Positions 1 through 15,387 are shown, numbered from the stretch's first letter. The stretch: DNA of 64,000 nucleotides from Octopus vulgaris (GCA_951406725.2 OX597823.1:85560001-85624000); one strand, 5' to 3'. Numbers and translations: made by a program. The notes: generated by a model not told the origin, from the letters alone.

Positions 1-310
1 TCATCCTTTCGGGGTCGATAAATTAAGTACCAGTTACGCACTGGGGTCCTTATAAGCGACTTAATCTGTTTGTCTGTCTTTGTTTGTCCTCTCTGTGTTT
101 AGCCCCTTATGGGTAGTAAAGAAATAGGTATTTCGTCTGCCGTTGTTCTGAGTTCAAATTCCGCCGAGGTCGACTTTGCCTTTCATCCTTTCGGGGTCGA
201 TTAGATAAGTACCAGTTACGCACTGGGGTCGATATAATGGACTTAGTCCGTTTGGCTGTCCTTGTTTGTCCCCTCTATGTTTAGCCCCTTGTGGGTAGTA
301 AAGAAATAGG
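1..310 (+). mobile_element. tRNA-derived SINE family A, tandem multimer (period ~182 bp), cut by window start
   Basis: Two consecutive units of GTCGACTTTGCCTTTCATCCTTTCGGGGTCGATAAATTAAGTACCAG...AAAGAAATAG with B-box-like GAGTTCAAATTCC; the same sequence recurs >10 times in the window. Confidence 0.85.
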
Positions 311-589
311 TTTGTGATATAATTGAAAGTAATAAGTATGCCTTAACTTGATGTGAATATAGGAATATTTGTTAATAGGGAATGTATTTAGAAGCTTTGT
401 AGAATTGCTTGTTGTTTAATGATTTGCAAGAAAAGTTACGTGCAACAGTCTGTGGAAGATTAGATGAAGTTTTAACGGCCACCAATTTTATGAAAAGCAT
501 ACTAGGGTTAACATTCGAACCACTTATTTGCAGAAACGTATGAAACTACACTGCAGAATTTGTGGATGTGCTTAAAGTTGGACCGCAAC

Positions 590-810
590 CGGCGAGCTGG
601 CAGAATTATTAGAACGTCGGAAGAAATGTGGAGCGGCACTCACTCTAGCTAGTTAGGTTCAATGTTCAAATTGCGCCGAAGACATCTATGCGTTTCATTC
701 TTTCAGCATCAATAAAATAAAGTATTAGTCAAAAACTAGGGTCAATGTAATGGACTTGTCTCCACCCTACAAGTTTGCTACCCTTGTACGGAAATACGAA
801 ACCATAATTG
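590..810 (+). mobile_element. SINE family A, diverged copy
   Basis: Head GGCGAGCTGGCAGAA, GTTCAAATT, TTTCATTCTTTC core similar to other copies. Confidence 0.65.
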
Positions 811-1014
811 AGGTTGAATCGAAGTCCACGAGTATTTGGGTATACCATTAAGAATTAGACGCACAAAAAATTCCCAGAAATACTTATTGGCCCAAAGAAT
901 TGTCACTCTTCACCAAAAAATTGATATTATAATAAATCATTTTTTGCTTCAGCATTCTCTTGTGAGAAATAAGCTGCACGATCATTCGCTTCAAAATTGG
1001 TTTTATCCATAACA

Positions 1015-1230
1015 TATTGGTTTCAAATGTTGGCACAACACCGGCAATTTCAGGGGAGGGGATAAATCGATTACATCGAGCCCAGTGCTCAACTGGAACC
1101 TACTTTATCAATCTTGAAAAAATGAAAGGCAAAGCCAACCTCGGTGGAATTTGAACTCAGAACGTAAAGACAAACGACAGGCCGCTATGCATTTTGCCCG
1201 GCGTGCTAACATTTCTACCAGCTCACTGTC
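1015..1230 (-). mobile_element. SINE family A
   Basis: Reverse complement of the family A head and core (GAAAGGCAAAGCCAACCTCGGTGGAATTTGAACTCAGAACG). Confidence 0.75.
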
Positions 1231-1688
1231 TTAATTCTATTACTAGCTTATTAAAAATCCATGGTAATTCAAATGCTTCAACACAAACTATACAAGTATT
1301 CTACATTTAAAGTTTGTTCCTCTATAGAAAGACTCAGCTGGAGATAATGAGTTGTTTTCAGCAAGTTAATTAATCAAATGATCATTTAACAAGATTTTAA
1401 TTACAACCTTTAATAGATAATTGCCTGAATTTATCTTTCACTTCATATATTCAAATTTCAGATTTCATTATCATCCTTCTAAAGATGATAAATTATACCA
1501 GTTATATTCTGAGCCGGATTTCCTCAATTGTAATCTCATCCACCTCACGTCGTCTCATTTATATTTATACTTTTGTACCAATAAGAGAAATCTGGGCAGC
1601 ATGAGTGTTTGCTCACTAGGGTGGTACTTTGACCAAAACTGTAGAACGGTGTACTAAATGCGTTACTAGAATTCTATATCCAGTCTTA

Positions 1689-2108
1689 AGGCAACGAGCT
1701 GGTAGAAACGCTAGCACGCCGGTTGAAATGCTTAGCAATATTTAATCTGCCACTACGTTCTGGGTTCAAATTACGCCGAGGTCGACTTTGCTTATCATCG
1801 TTTCGGGGTCGATTAGATAACTACCAGTTACGCACTGGGGTCGATATAATCAACTCAATCCGTTTGTCTGTCTTTGTTTATCCTCTCTGTGTTTAGCCCC
1901 TTGTGGGTAGTAAAGAAATAGATGTTTCGTCTGCCGTTACGTTCTGAGTTCAAATTCCGCCGAGGTCTACTTTGCCTTTCATCCTTTCGGAGTCGATAAA
2001 TCAAAGTACTAGTTACGCACTGGGGTCGATGTAATCGACTCAATCCGTTTGTCTCTCCTTGTTTGTCCCCTCTATATTTAGCCCCTTGTGGGCAATAAAG
2101 AAATAAGA
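1689..2108 (+). mobile_element. SINE family A, head plus tandem dimer body
   Basis: GGCAACGAGCTGGTAGAAACGCTAGCACGCCGG head followed by two body units. Confidence 0.85.
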
Positions 2109-2371
2109 AATATATACACAGTATGGGTGAAGTAAAAGAGAGAAATTTCGCCTTAGATAATGGCAGTTTAATGATAGAGCATCACAAGCTGGCCCCAACG
2201 GAAATAGACGTTTCTTGTAGCAGGATTTTGTGTGGAGGTTTCTATTCGATATGGTTCCTGATATTTGTGCGGGTTAGGTTAGTACCATAACAGGGGTGAG
2301 AACCTTATTCTGTTCTAGATTTCATTTGAGATTCTTTGAGAGTGAACAATACCCAGGAAATGGAAATCAGG

Positions 2372-2502
2372 TTCAGGCGTGGATGTGTGGAATGTTCCTG
2401 CTTCCTCTATGATATTATGGGAAAGTGTCTTGCCCTATAACTTCGGGCCAGCCAAAGCTTTGTGAGTGAATTTGATAGACGGAAACTCTCAGAAGCCCGT
2501 CA

Positions 2503-2534
<32 letters not shown>

Positions 2535-2612
2535 ATACATAAAAAAAAATATATATATAATATATATGATATATATATATATAAAAGATATATTAGATAT
2601 ATAAGATATATA

Positions 2613-2656
<44 letters not shown>

Positions 2657-2960
2657 TGTGTGTATATATATATATACATATATTTATATATATATGAATA
2701 TATATACGTGTGTGTGTGTGTGTGTGTATGTCTGTGTGTCTGTGTCTGTGTGTCTGTGTTTGCTCCCTACTCCACCGCTTGACAACTGGTGTTACTGCTT
2801 TTAAGTCTCTGTAACTTAGCGCTCGGCAAAAGAAACGGATAGAATAAGTATCAGGCTTTAAAAAAATAAACACCAGGGACGATTCATTCGGCATAAAATT
2901 CTTGAAGGCGATGCCTTAGTATGGCCGCAATCTAATGAGTGGAACAAGTAAAAGATGAAA
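2372..2960 (+). mobile_element. SINE family B (CORE-like domain, internal TA/TG microsatellite, CR1-like tail)
   Basis: GGAAAGTGTCTT...GGAAACTCTCAGAAGCCCGTC, internal microsatellite, then CGCTTGACAAC...GTAACTTAGC...ATGGCCGCAATCTAATGAGTGGAACAAGTAAAAG; matches copies at 25905 and 37508. Confidence 0.75.
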
Positions 2961-4623
2961 GATAAAATTATCTCACTCTGAAAATCAAGGTTAAGTTTTT
3001 GCATCTAAATCTTGGTATTTTACAAACTGTTGTATCACAAGAAGTGATCAGAAGTAATAGTTAGATTTAGAAATTGCCAGAGCTTTGAGGGTTAACTTGC
3101 GTTGCGTGTTATCCACGAATTGACAGGTTAATAACAGTGAAGACCAGTGGCATGTTTTGATTGCCAGATTAGTTATTTTTCAGTTAAATTAAGTTAAAAA
3201 CGTTCCTAGCAAATGAAGGAGCAAGCGGCTTCTTTACCCCGTTTTCCGCTTCTCTTTAAATGTGGTACTTGAGTTAGAAGAAACCTACGTGAACTGTGTG
3301 TAAACGTTGAAAAGGGAAACAGAATATTGCGAAGCGGAAAATAAAATAAAATATTATCTTTATACAGAACAATATCCTCCTCCACATCATCATCATCATC
3401 ATCGTCATTAGTAGCATCAGGAATAGCAATAACATGAAGAGCAGCTTCAAGAAAGAAACTGCAATGGATTACGAATAGGGTTCCATTGCTGGAGAAAAAA
3501 TTCTTTGAAAAGAAAAAAAAATATTCGATTTATTATATTATTATATTTTATTTTTAATATTGATATACAAACGTAGAGAGATACATGGCATTAAAAAATA
3601 TATATCGCTTTTCCTTCCCGCTCTTTTTCTCTCGCTGTTGTTTTTGTTTTTTTCATCTCTCTATCGCTCTGTAGTTTTCTCCCTCTTAGCGGTTCTTTCG
3701 TTCTTCTACTTTCTTTTTTCTCAATTTCTTCTCAATATGTTCAATATTTCAGCAATAACACTCCGGTATGGAGATGTTTGAATATCGAAAATAATGAGTA
3801 AAGCCCTATGCAAGCTTGTATTTTTCGATACAATGAAAGGAAAATAATGATTTACATAATGTGATAATAAAAAAAAACATAAATAAATAAATAAATAAAT
3901 CAAACACAAACAATAAACAAAAATGCGAGGAATAATAACAAGAACAAGAGATTAACCGAAAGAACAAGTCAGAAGAAAAAAAAATAGTGATAGGGGCGGG
4001 TAGGGGAACACTAAAAGGAAGAAATCATTCATAAAAAATCTATTGTAATATTGACTGGTACATTTAACTAAGTTTGGGTGATATAGATTTTTTGATTTTT
4101 GAAATTTTTTAATAATTTTTTTTTATATTATGTTCTTACAGGAATTGCTCTTTTTCTTCGTTAGATGCTTCTGCTATTACTACTGCTGCTGCTGTAGTAG
4201 TGGTGGGAGTAGTAGTTGATGTTGTTGTTGGTGATGGTGGTGGTGGTGTTGGTGGTGATGATGGAGGTGGTGTTGTCACCGTTATGATGTTATGGGTGGG
4301 CCTTGTTGTAGAGATTATATTACGAATGCTCTTGGGGTGGGGAGGAGAGAAGTACTGCGGTATGTAGGGTGTGCGTCTGTGTGGGTGTGCGCACGAGTGT
4401 GTATGTGTGAGTGAGTGTGTGTATGTATTTATTAGTTTCTTAAGGTAGATTTTTATTTTCTTTCTCTTATTTTCTTTTTTTGCGGAAGCGAAACGAAAAA
4501 TCGGAAATATTATAAATCTAAGAAAAAAAGGAAAAAAAACAAATAAAAAAACAATAATTTTTTGTAGGGATCGAAGATTGCAGATAAGCAGAAATATACA
4601 AACATGATCATATATACATACAA

Positions 4624-4686
<63 letters not shown>

Positions 4687-5798
4687 CATGGAATATAAAT
4701 ATATTTACAAACACATATATATACATGCAAACATATATACAAACATGCATACATAGAAATATGCATACATGCATGTAAACATGCATATGATATTGAAATT
4801 AGGGATCAGGTGCAAGATGAGAATAATGGCGAATGCAAAACTTGAAATGAATGAAAAAAGAAAAAGAAGGATCGCAATAAAGTTATATGAATGGAAAAAG
4901 ATATTTTTTTAGAAGGATAAATAAAAGATTGGAAAAAAATATTATCCTGTAACTGTGAGAAGTATAATATTTTATGAGGAAGAAAAATATATAGACTTTT
5001 TTTTAATGGTAGCAGAATTGAAACGTATTGAATATATTTGAGAAATAAAGAATTTTCTAAACAGTGGTATATAGAGTGCCTGTATACAGTTCATATCATC
5101 TATCTATCTATCAATCAATCAATCAATGTATAAATCGATCTTTCTATTTATCAATATGTATTCATCACACGCAAATGTTGTTAGTAAGCTTCTAGATGTC
5201 GTTTTTGTTGTTGCTGACATGCTTCTTGATGATATTATTGTTGTTGTTGTTGTTTCCACGGCTACTTCATAAGGTTGAATGTATTGCGATGATATTCGAA
5301 GTCTTCATAGTCGAAGAATTTCAGGATCTGTTCACAAGGATTCCTCAATACAAATATCTGACTCGATAGAATATAAAAGAAGCAATACTAACGAAGAATT
5401 CTTCAATTGGTATTTTGTGGTCGCCGACAAAATAGAGTAGTTGTTATTGATGTTAATCGTACTGTTATTACATTTGCCATCTGCATTTATTTCTTTCAGT
5501 CATTGGTTTACGGCCATGTTGAAGCATCCCCCTGAAAGATTTTAGTCAAATAAATCTACCCCTATACCTATGATGTTTTAAAAAATCTGATACTTATCCT
5601 ATCACTCTCCATTGCCGAATTGCTAACTTATGAGAATATAAAGGAACAAACGCTAGTTGTCAAATGGTAGAGCTGGTTGGTATATACAAACAGAGATACA
5701 AACACACAGACTCACAAAACTATATATATATATATATATATACACACATTATATATATATATATGTGCATAATATGTTTGTTTTGTGTGTATATATAC

Positions 5799-5833
<35 letters not shown>

Positions 5834-5904
5834 CACATATTATATATATATATGTGCATAATATGTTTGTTTTGTGTGTATATGTATATATGTATACATA
5901 TGTG

Positions 5905-6160
5905 TGTAGTCGAATCATGGGCAGCTGAAGAAGGGGAATGTTTTTTGTGTTGTATGTCTTGTACTCTGTTTTTTTTGTTGTTTGAAAAAGTCCGTTTCCA
6001 TGTTTCTGTTTTTATGTTTTCGTTTCTCGTTGTGTTCTACGTTTTTTTGTGTCCTGTACCCATATATGCATGTATATATACATATAGATGTAGGTATGTA
6101 CATATATGTATGTATGTATGCAAATGTATGTATGCATATGTTTTATTTATTAATTTGTTA
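5905..6160 (+). repeat. Unclassified dispersed repeat X (second copy at 16490-16725 minus, partial at ~13090-13160 minus)
   Basis: GAATCATGGGCAGCTGAAGAAGGGGAAT...GTGTCCTGTACCCATATATG matches the reverse complement of 16490-16725. Confidence 0.7.
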
Positions 6161-6196
6161 TTATATGTGTACATATATGCACACACTTATATTCCT

Positions 6197-6396
6197 TTAC
6201 TTTTTTCAGTCATTTGACTGTGGCCATGTTAGAGCACCGCCTTTAGTCGAGCAAATCGGCCCCAGCACTTATTCTTTGCAAGCGTAATACTTATTCTATC
6301 GAATTCTTTTGCCAAACTACTTGGTTACAGGGACGTACACACACTAGCACCGGCTGTCAAGTGATGGTAAGCGTCAAACACAGATACGCAAACATA

Positions 6397-6447
<51 letters not shown>

Positions 6448-6478
6448 GACGGGCTTCTGTCAGTTTCCATGTACCAAA
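6197..6478 (-). mobile_element. SINE family B, 5' truncated
   Basis: Tail reverse complement TTTCAGTCATTTGACTGTGGCCATG...GCACCGCC; internal TA tract; CGACGGGCTTCTGTCAGTTTCC. Confidence 0.75.
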
Positions 6479-6690
6479 CTGAAGCTAATTATGAAATCTT
6501 TCGCGGTTGCTTTACCATCTAGAAATAGCAACCCAAATCAGATCCTAATGCTGGATGCTGAAGGACCAAATGAATAGCAGATTTTTAATCCCGGGATCAT
6601 CCTGTTTTAAAGAGGTATAATATGTCAATGTAGAGCAGATACAGGCTGAAATACAGGGGTCTCGGACTGACAAGCAGAATTTCGCTTTTA

Positions 6691-6741
<51 letters not shown>

Positions 6742-6866
6742 AACGAGATAAATGAAAATTTACTTCGATTTGATAAACAGAAATAGCTGTAAATGGTTCT
6801 GAACGACTATTAAACTATGACCTTTTAATACCAATGATCAACTTCTCATTTTCCATTTCTTTTCTG

Positions 6867-6906
<40 letters not shown>

Positions 6907-6916
6907 TAGATAGATG

Positions 6917-6958
<42 letters not shown>

Positions 6959-6959
6959 A

Positions 6960-8227
6960 AACGATGTCTTATAATACTGTACCGCACATACAATAATAGC
7001 CATATCTACTTAACACACAGATATCAGTATGGTTTCGATATCATCTGCTCCACGGATATCTCTATGGTTTCGACACTTGTGCAGTATCATTCAATCCGGC
7101 GGTGTCAGCAGCACTAAAATAAGTTTGGTTTGAAATCAAACAAACCTTACCTATCACCAAATTCATTCAATCTTAATTCTGGGAAGGATTAAACACTAAC
7201 TAGAACAAAGAAACCACATTTACCCAAAGTACAAAAACAGTATCAGTAAAATAATAATTCTATAAGTAAACCTATAACGAACTCCTAAATTATCTATCTA
7301 AATAGCTACCTAGGCCTTGAAGTCCATACAGATAATATTCCCACCAGTTTTCCGTAGTTGTTAATATAAAAGTGAAAGCTTTTATATTCTATTTTTTTCC
7401 AAAAACTCGATTGAAATTAACTAATAATAAGACGAAGGTTGCGTGAATTACGCTATTTAATAATCCGAAAGTTAATAATTAATTAAAACGCTTCATACGT
7501 ATTAAATATTCGCTATCCTTACATGCTTTAATGTTAAACTTATATTAGTAATTAAATAGATAATATCTGTATTAAATCAGAAACTAATAAAAGAATACTT
7601 ATAATTAACAATTATTATTGAAAATTTTGTTACAATTAAATACACCCGTTTAAAATATAATATAAACATAAAGTATTACCATTGCCAAGTTTTTCTGGCA
7701 CGAGGTTCAAGTCAAGTCAACTATTTTCTCAAAAGACTTTAACTATTAGGTTGCGTGGTATGTAGTCCATTACTCTTAAATCTCTTTCACTATTTTGGTG
7801 ACGTAGTACGCAATTAGAGTGACCAGTAAACCGTCCAAATATGATGAACAACCTGCAATCCAAATCATTAGACGTTTACAAATATTTACTAAGTTGAAGG
7901 CTAGCTATTACACCATATTCATTTGAAATTTCCAGTCCCCCACCTAAACAGCAATCAAACGTTTTAACTAATTTTTTACATCTATAGCCTTGTTCTACTA
8001 AATGTCTTAACGGTTTATTTATTCTTTCTAAAAGATTTAAGTTTATATATAGCGTCGAAAAATCGTACACATACATAATCTTCACCTTCTTGCATGTAAT
8101 AAGTCTCTCCAGAAATTCTTTAGTTGACCTAATACTCCAAAGATAATTAATTCCTGAACTGTTATAAACTTTATCACAATATTCTTTTAAAAATTTTCTA
8201 ATTACTTTTAAAGTATTATTACCCAAT

Positions 8228-8311
<84 letters not shown>

Positions 8312-9200
8312 CTGTTTATTTGTACAAATTCTATCTCCTGCTATGAATTTATGCAATTTAGAGATCAAAAAAAGTTTAGGGATTGTTTTATCCTTTTCTT
8401 CCATTTCTAAACCACTCAATCTTTCTATTGTGGATATAAGTATATTCCTGTATAATTTTGTTATGTGTTATTATCTAACTTAAATTCCTTATCTACTCCT
8501 AACTCTTCACCTAAAATCATCATATAATATTTCTTTACAAATTACTACAAAATCCCTTGCTACTTTATCCACTCGCACTATCACACGTTTTATGTAATTC
8601 GTTTATTTACTCTTTAACTAGTGGTCTATTTAAAACAGAATCTTTCCCTATCCACTTATTAAATTTCATTATATTCTTAAGTACCACAAAAGTTAATTCG
8701 CTAACCCAGCTATTTAACTTTATATTTGAGATTTAATTTAACTACAAAATCATTAATGGCTTTTAATATAACTTTCTTTAAAATTATATTTACTAATTTT
8801 ACCTCGTTCTCTAAATTTTGTCTCGTTGCTCATAATTTACCTTAGTTCCTTTTAATATTTAAATTTCCTGTTTTAATCTGCCCTATTTCATTATAACAGA
8901 ATTCTGAATTATTTCATTTAAAACTTTCGAAACGAAACTTTGATAGGAGCTTCTTATAATCAAATAAGGTACTATTCATCTTCTTACCAAGCTTATAACA
9001 AATTTTGATATTAATATGTCTAACATTTTCCGGGACAGATTTTTTTTTGTTAATTCTAATTATATTACTTAAATGAACATCGTCAATTAAAATACTAACA
9101 TATGGGTATCATAAAATATTCAACTTTAACATTATTGGCTTTCATTTTAGCCGTTTTCTTTAAGCTGTGGCTGCGAGCCTAAGCCGTACAGGCATATTAA
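6960..9200 (-). mobile_element. Degraded Penelope-like retroelement (probably Naiad-type), internally deleted RT
   Basis: Minus-strand peptides IPKLFLISKLHKFIAG..CTNKQLS, YNSSGINYLWSIRST, YDFSTLY, LVEQGY...LVKTF, and upstream SEFCYNEIGQIKTGNL..KFRE resemble PLE RT motifs; interrupted by (GATA)n at 8228-8310; clade assignment is from memory of motifs. Confidence 0.7.
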
Positions 9201-9809
9201 TAAAACACATATATACACAAGGTGGGTACTACATAAGTACCTGCTTCGCTAAAAATAGATTACATAAAAACATGATTACATAACGGTTGAAACATTTCAC
9301 CAGTGCCAGTAAAATAATATAACTGGTGGTGTTAGATGCTCAATACATTATGCAAATTATCAACAACACCACTAGTCACAAATTGCGTAGAAGATAAGCA
9401 AATTATCCGAACAGAAAAATTCAAGATGACTCCTGCCTAAATAGAGGGATGCGCATTCCAGCACTCATGCATTATTGCTGGTATTTAGAGAAGTGGGGAT
9501 AGAAGGAGACGATGAATGGGACAAATACTAATCTTTAAGCAATGAAAGAAGTGGTGACTACAGTCCAGCGATAAATAACAGACCCGACACTGGGCAGGTA
9601 AATGTCAATTTGAAGGTCTTAGTCACAGACAATCACCTATCTGGCAAACGGACAGAAGACTGCGAGCAGCGCTGAACTTCTGTTTTGTGCCCTTTACACT
9701 CCATCTTAATATATCCATACGCGTGTGCGTATATCTTTTATTTGTTTCAATCATTGGATTGTGGCCATGCTGGAGCCCACAAACACCGACACCCCATATA
9801 TATATACAC

Positions 9810-10053
9810 ACAGAGTGTATATTCCACTGATGAGGCAAAGCATTTCTTATGTAGAGCCAGAAATCCTGGAGCTGGAATTATTCAGTAATTTTTTGCTAGT
9901 TTATTTTGTCTTCTCTCCGGGTGCTGTATGAACATTTAATGGGGTTTTAGAGTCAAGTTTTGGCTGCTATTTCCAGCGTGGTGGTATTTCTTAGATACCT
10001 TAAATTATAATTTTAATACTAATGTTTACCTTTGAAGGTTTTTATTCCCATGC
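9810..10053 (+). mobile_element. PLE pLTR-like short element with degenerate hammerhead; same family as the 48468-48679 fold-back
   Basis: ATTCCA-CTGATGA-GGC..GCC-AGAAA..TGGAAT, followed by GTCAAGTTTTGGCTGCTATTTCCAGC...TTAGATACC shared with 48.5 kb. Confidence 0.55.
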
Positions 10054-10090
10054 TGGACAGTAGATAAAATCGATATTTAAAGAACGATCT

Positions 10091-10169
<79 letters not shown>

Positions 10170-10296
10170 GGAATAATTATTATGAAGCATTGTGTAGAAT
10201 ATATTGTATAAATGATCGTGAGTAAGGCCAAAACAATGGGAAGTAGACGCAAGGTAAATCAAAAGACAACAAATATGTGAATTTATGTAGACTTAC

Positions 10297-10339
10297 CCTC
10301 TATTCAATATTTCGGGGTTATAACCCCATTTTCAAGAAA
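10297..10339 (-). ncRNA. Hammerhead ribozyme-like motif, U3-A8 core variant
   Basis: Minus strand UUUC UUGAAAA U GGGGUUAUAACCCC GAAA UAUUGA AUA GAGG. Confidence 0.4.
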
Positions 10340-10489
10340 TTGACGAATGTTGCTGATATGCGTGTGTTTTAGCGTGTGTGACACGCGCTCAAATTATTCA
10401 GAATAATTCAGCACTGAATATATTCTGAATCTTCTGAGTTCAAATTCCGCCGAGGTCGAATTTACCTATCACTATCTCTTTGTCAGTAA

Positions 10490-10705
10490 AATGGTTTTAA
10501 ATTTTGACACAACGCCGGCAAGTTTGTGTGAAGGAATAAAGTCGATTACATCAACACCAGTGCTCAACTGGTATTTATTTTATCGACTCTGATTGTACAA
10601 AATGCTCAGTCGGCATTGGTGGCATTTGAACTCAGAATATAAAGACAGACGAAATGTCGCTAAGCATTTTGTCCGGTTCGTTAAATATTTTGCCAGGTCA
10701 CTGTC
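10490..10705 (-). mobile_element. SINE family A
   Basis: ATTTGAACTCAGAATATAAAGACAGACGAAATGTCGCTAAGCATTTTG (reverse of head). Confidence 0.7.
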
Positions 10706-10891
10706 TTTAGCATTAAATATAATGAGAATGAAAATACTTTAATATGAACGTATGCGTATGCATGCGTAGGAGTGTAGATGTGTATCTGTTTTCTTTCAAA
10801 ACCTCTTCGCTTCGTTTTCATTCTTGCAACAGTTTATGTTCACATATACTTATTATACGAGCTGGATTTTAAAAACTTTTGTGTAAGCGTC

Positions 10892-10930
<39 letters not shown>

Positions 10931-10933
<3 letters not shown>

Positions 10934-11120
10934 GGTCCCGGGTTGAGTCGGGGTTAACCACAGTAAATAAGGTACTCAATACATAGCAGAGTAAATTAAT
11001 TTATTTTATAGAAGGAGCTTCTACAGGACTAGAACTGTTTCATTCAAAAGAAATCATCAGGAAGCTCCTGATGATTTCTTTTGAATGAAACAGTTCTAGT
11101 CCTGTAGAAGCTCCTTCTAT

Positions 11121-11126
<6 letters not shown>
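10931..11126 (-). mobile_element. (TA)n-embedded fold-back PLE pLTR-like remnant
   Basis: Palindrome 11002-11126 plus a unique extension 10931-11001; flanked on both sides by (TA)n; carries a hammerhead. Confidence 0.6.
11014..11068 (-). ncRNA. Type I hammerhead ribozyme
   Basis: GGAGCUUC-CUGAUGA-U UUC UUUU GAA U-GAA-ACAG UUCUAGUC CUGU-A/GAAGCUCC: 8-bp stem I, intact core, 4-bp stem III, GUA cleavage triplet; U-U instead of G10.1-C11.1. Confidence 0.75.
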
Positions 11127-11172
<46 letters not shown>

Positions 11173-11255
11173 CAGATACATATATGTAGGGAGCGAAAGA
11201 GGGAGGGCGACAGCAAAAGAGAGAAAGTCAGATATATAGATCAATAGATGCAGAG

Positions 11256-11302
<47 letters not shown>

Positions 11303-11341
11303 ATATATGCATATATATATATATATGCATCTATATATATG

Positions 11342-11375
<34 letters not shown>

Positions 11376-11503
11376 GTCGCTTTCACTAGTGTAGCTTCCT
11401 GTTTTCTTTCAAAACCTCTTCGCTTCGTTTTCATTCTTGCAACAGTTTATGTTCACATATACCTATTATACGAGCTTGATTTTTTTAAACTTTTGTGTAA
11501 GCG

Positions 11504-11559
<56 letters not shown>

Positions 11560-11598
11560 TATATATATATATATATATGTATGTTGTATTGTGTGTGT

Positions 11599-13940
<2,342 letters not shown>

Positions 13941-14029
13941 AAAATCGTATTATATTTTTATAATGAAATATTATTAGGAATTGTATAAAATTAAAGAACA
14001 TTGTGTATTATAAATGTATAACTAGTATA

Positions 14030-14419
14030 TCTTTATATATAAAAGTGAGGTTGTGTGCTGTCTGCCTCCTACGATTTAGATTCCTAACTACTCCCACATT
14101 TTGCGGTGCAGTTTAACTAAAACCGGGTATCTTATAGTCGTGATTCATATCGAGCCCTTCTGGGTATTAGCGCGCGCCTACGATGAGTCTACGATTAAAA
14201 AAAAAACCATCAATTTTTCCCATTTTTAATGCATTTTTGGCATATATAAGGGAAGTAACTCTCTAAAAATTTATTATTAAATCTCAGAAAGTAAAAAGCT
14301 ACAGTAACCCTCCCTTTGTTGTTAGCCATATTGAGATGGCTATTATACTTTACATCTCTAAAAATGCTTATATAGTTATTTCCCTTACAAACCCGAGCAA
14401 CGCCGGGCGATAGTGCTAG
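14030..14419 (+). mobile_element. Non-autonomous Helitron nested in the hAT MITE
   Basis: 5' TCTTTATATATAAAAG after A; subterminal hairpin CCCGAGCAACGCCGGG; 3' CTAG; no TSD. Confidence 0.75.
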
Positions 14420-15138
14420 ATGCATATACATTTTAACAAAAGTTTATAAGGATTCCCGGGGCCGTATGGACCCCCAAAAGATTTTGAACCTCGGTTGAAT
14501 TGCAATGCCCTAGACACATATCTCTTAGAGTAAGGAAGCTTGAAATAAAGCTGCCTTTAACTTTTATTTAATTTCTTCTCTTTACTCCCTGACTTTATCT
14601 CCTTTATGCTTAATTTCTGCACGGGTGAATAGTGGAGATCAGTGAACGATAAGTAAAAAGCATAAATTAGAGTGGACCGGGCGTCACAGATTTATGGCTG
14701 GAAACTTGTCAAGGGATTCTAGTTGGTAGAAACCTTAAAATACAACTTATTTATCGGAGAACTGTCAAAGATTGAACGCTAACATCGTGAATGAGGCTGG
14801 AGGTTTACGTATGAAAAAGCCGACACAGGCTAATGACCCCATTTCCGGTCACAGAATTGAAACTACGTCTGTAACACAGAAAGAATTTGACCTCGAAACT
14901 GTTGAAATAAAGGACTATATATTACATATAATACCAGCACAGCACACTTACATATTGAACTCGACGTTTCCCGGTTTCCCGGCAACATTGCATATAATTT
15001 AGTCTGATTTACTGGTCAGCAATAGACAATTGCAAGAGCTGACCTACGGTAGCTATACGACGGATAAAATAAATATTGAATGTTCCAGGGGAAACTCCAT
15101 ATTCTGCAAGTAAGTGTTCTACTTTTGTCTTATATACG

Positions 15139-15174
<36 letters not shown>

Positions 15175-15273
15175 ATGTGTGTGTGTGTGTGTGTGTGTGC
15201 AGTGTAAGAGTGAAAACGAGAGAGAATGTGAAAGAGAGAGAGAGAGATGCACATACATATATGTTATATATAT

Positions 15274-15387
<114 letters not shown>

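Noticed and set aside
3200-3495. Candidate minus-strand exon after TTTTTTCTCCAG
   Set aside because: No recognisable protein in any frame; contains a (GAT)n microsatellite.
4142-4359. Candidate plus-strand exon (TTCTTACAG acceptor, GCG/GTATGT donor, one open frame)
   Set aside because: The open frame is low-complexity V/G repeat with no recognisable homology and no partner exons; it needs RNA-seq.
5920-5990. CTGAAGA in repeat X as a hammerhead core
   Set aside because: No stem II closed by GAAA at a suitable distance in either copy.
9215-9520. Possible Tc1/mariner end (TA-CAAGGTGGG)
   Set aside because: No matching second TIR or transposase motif found.
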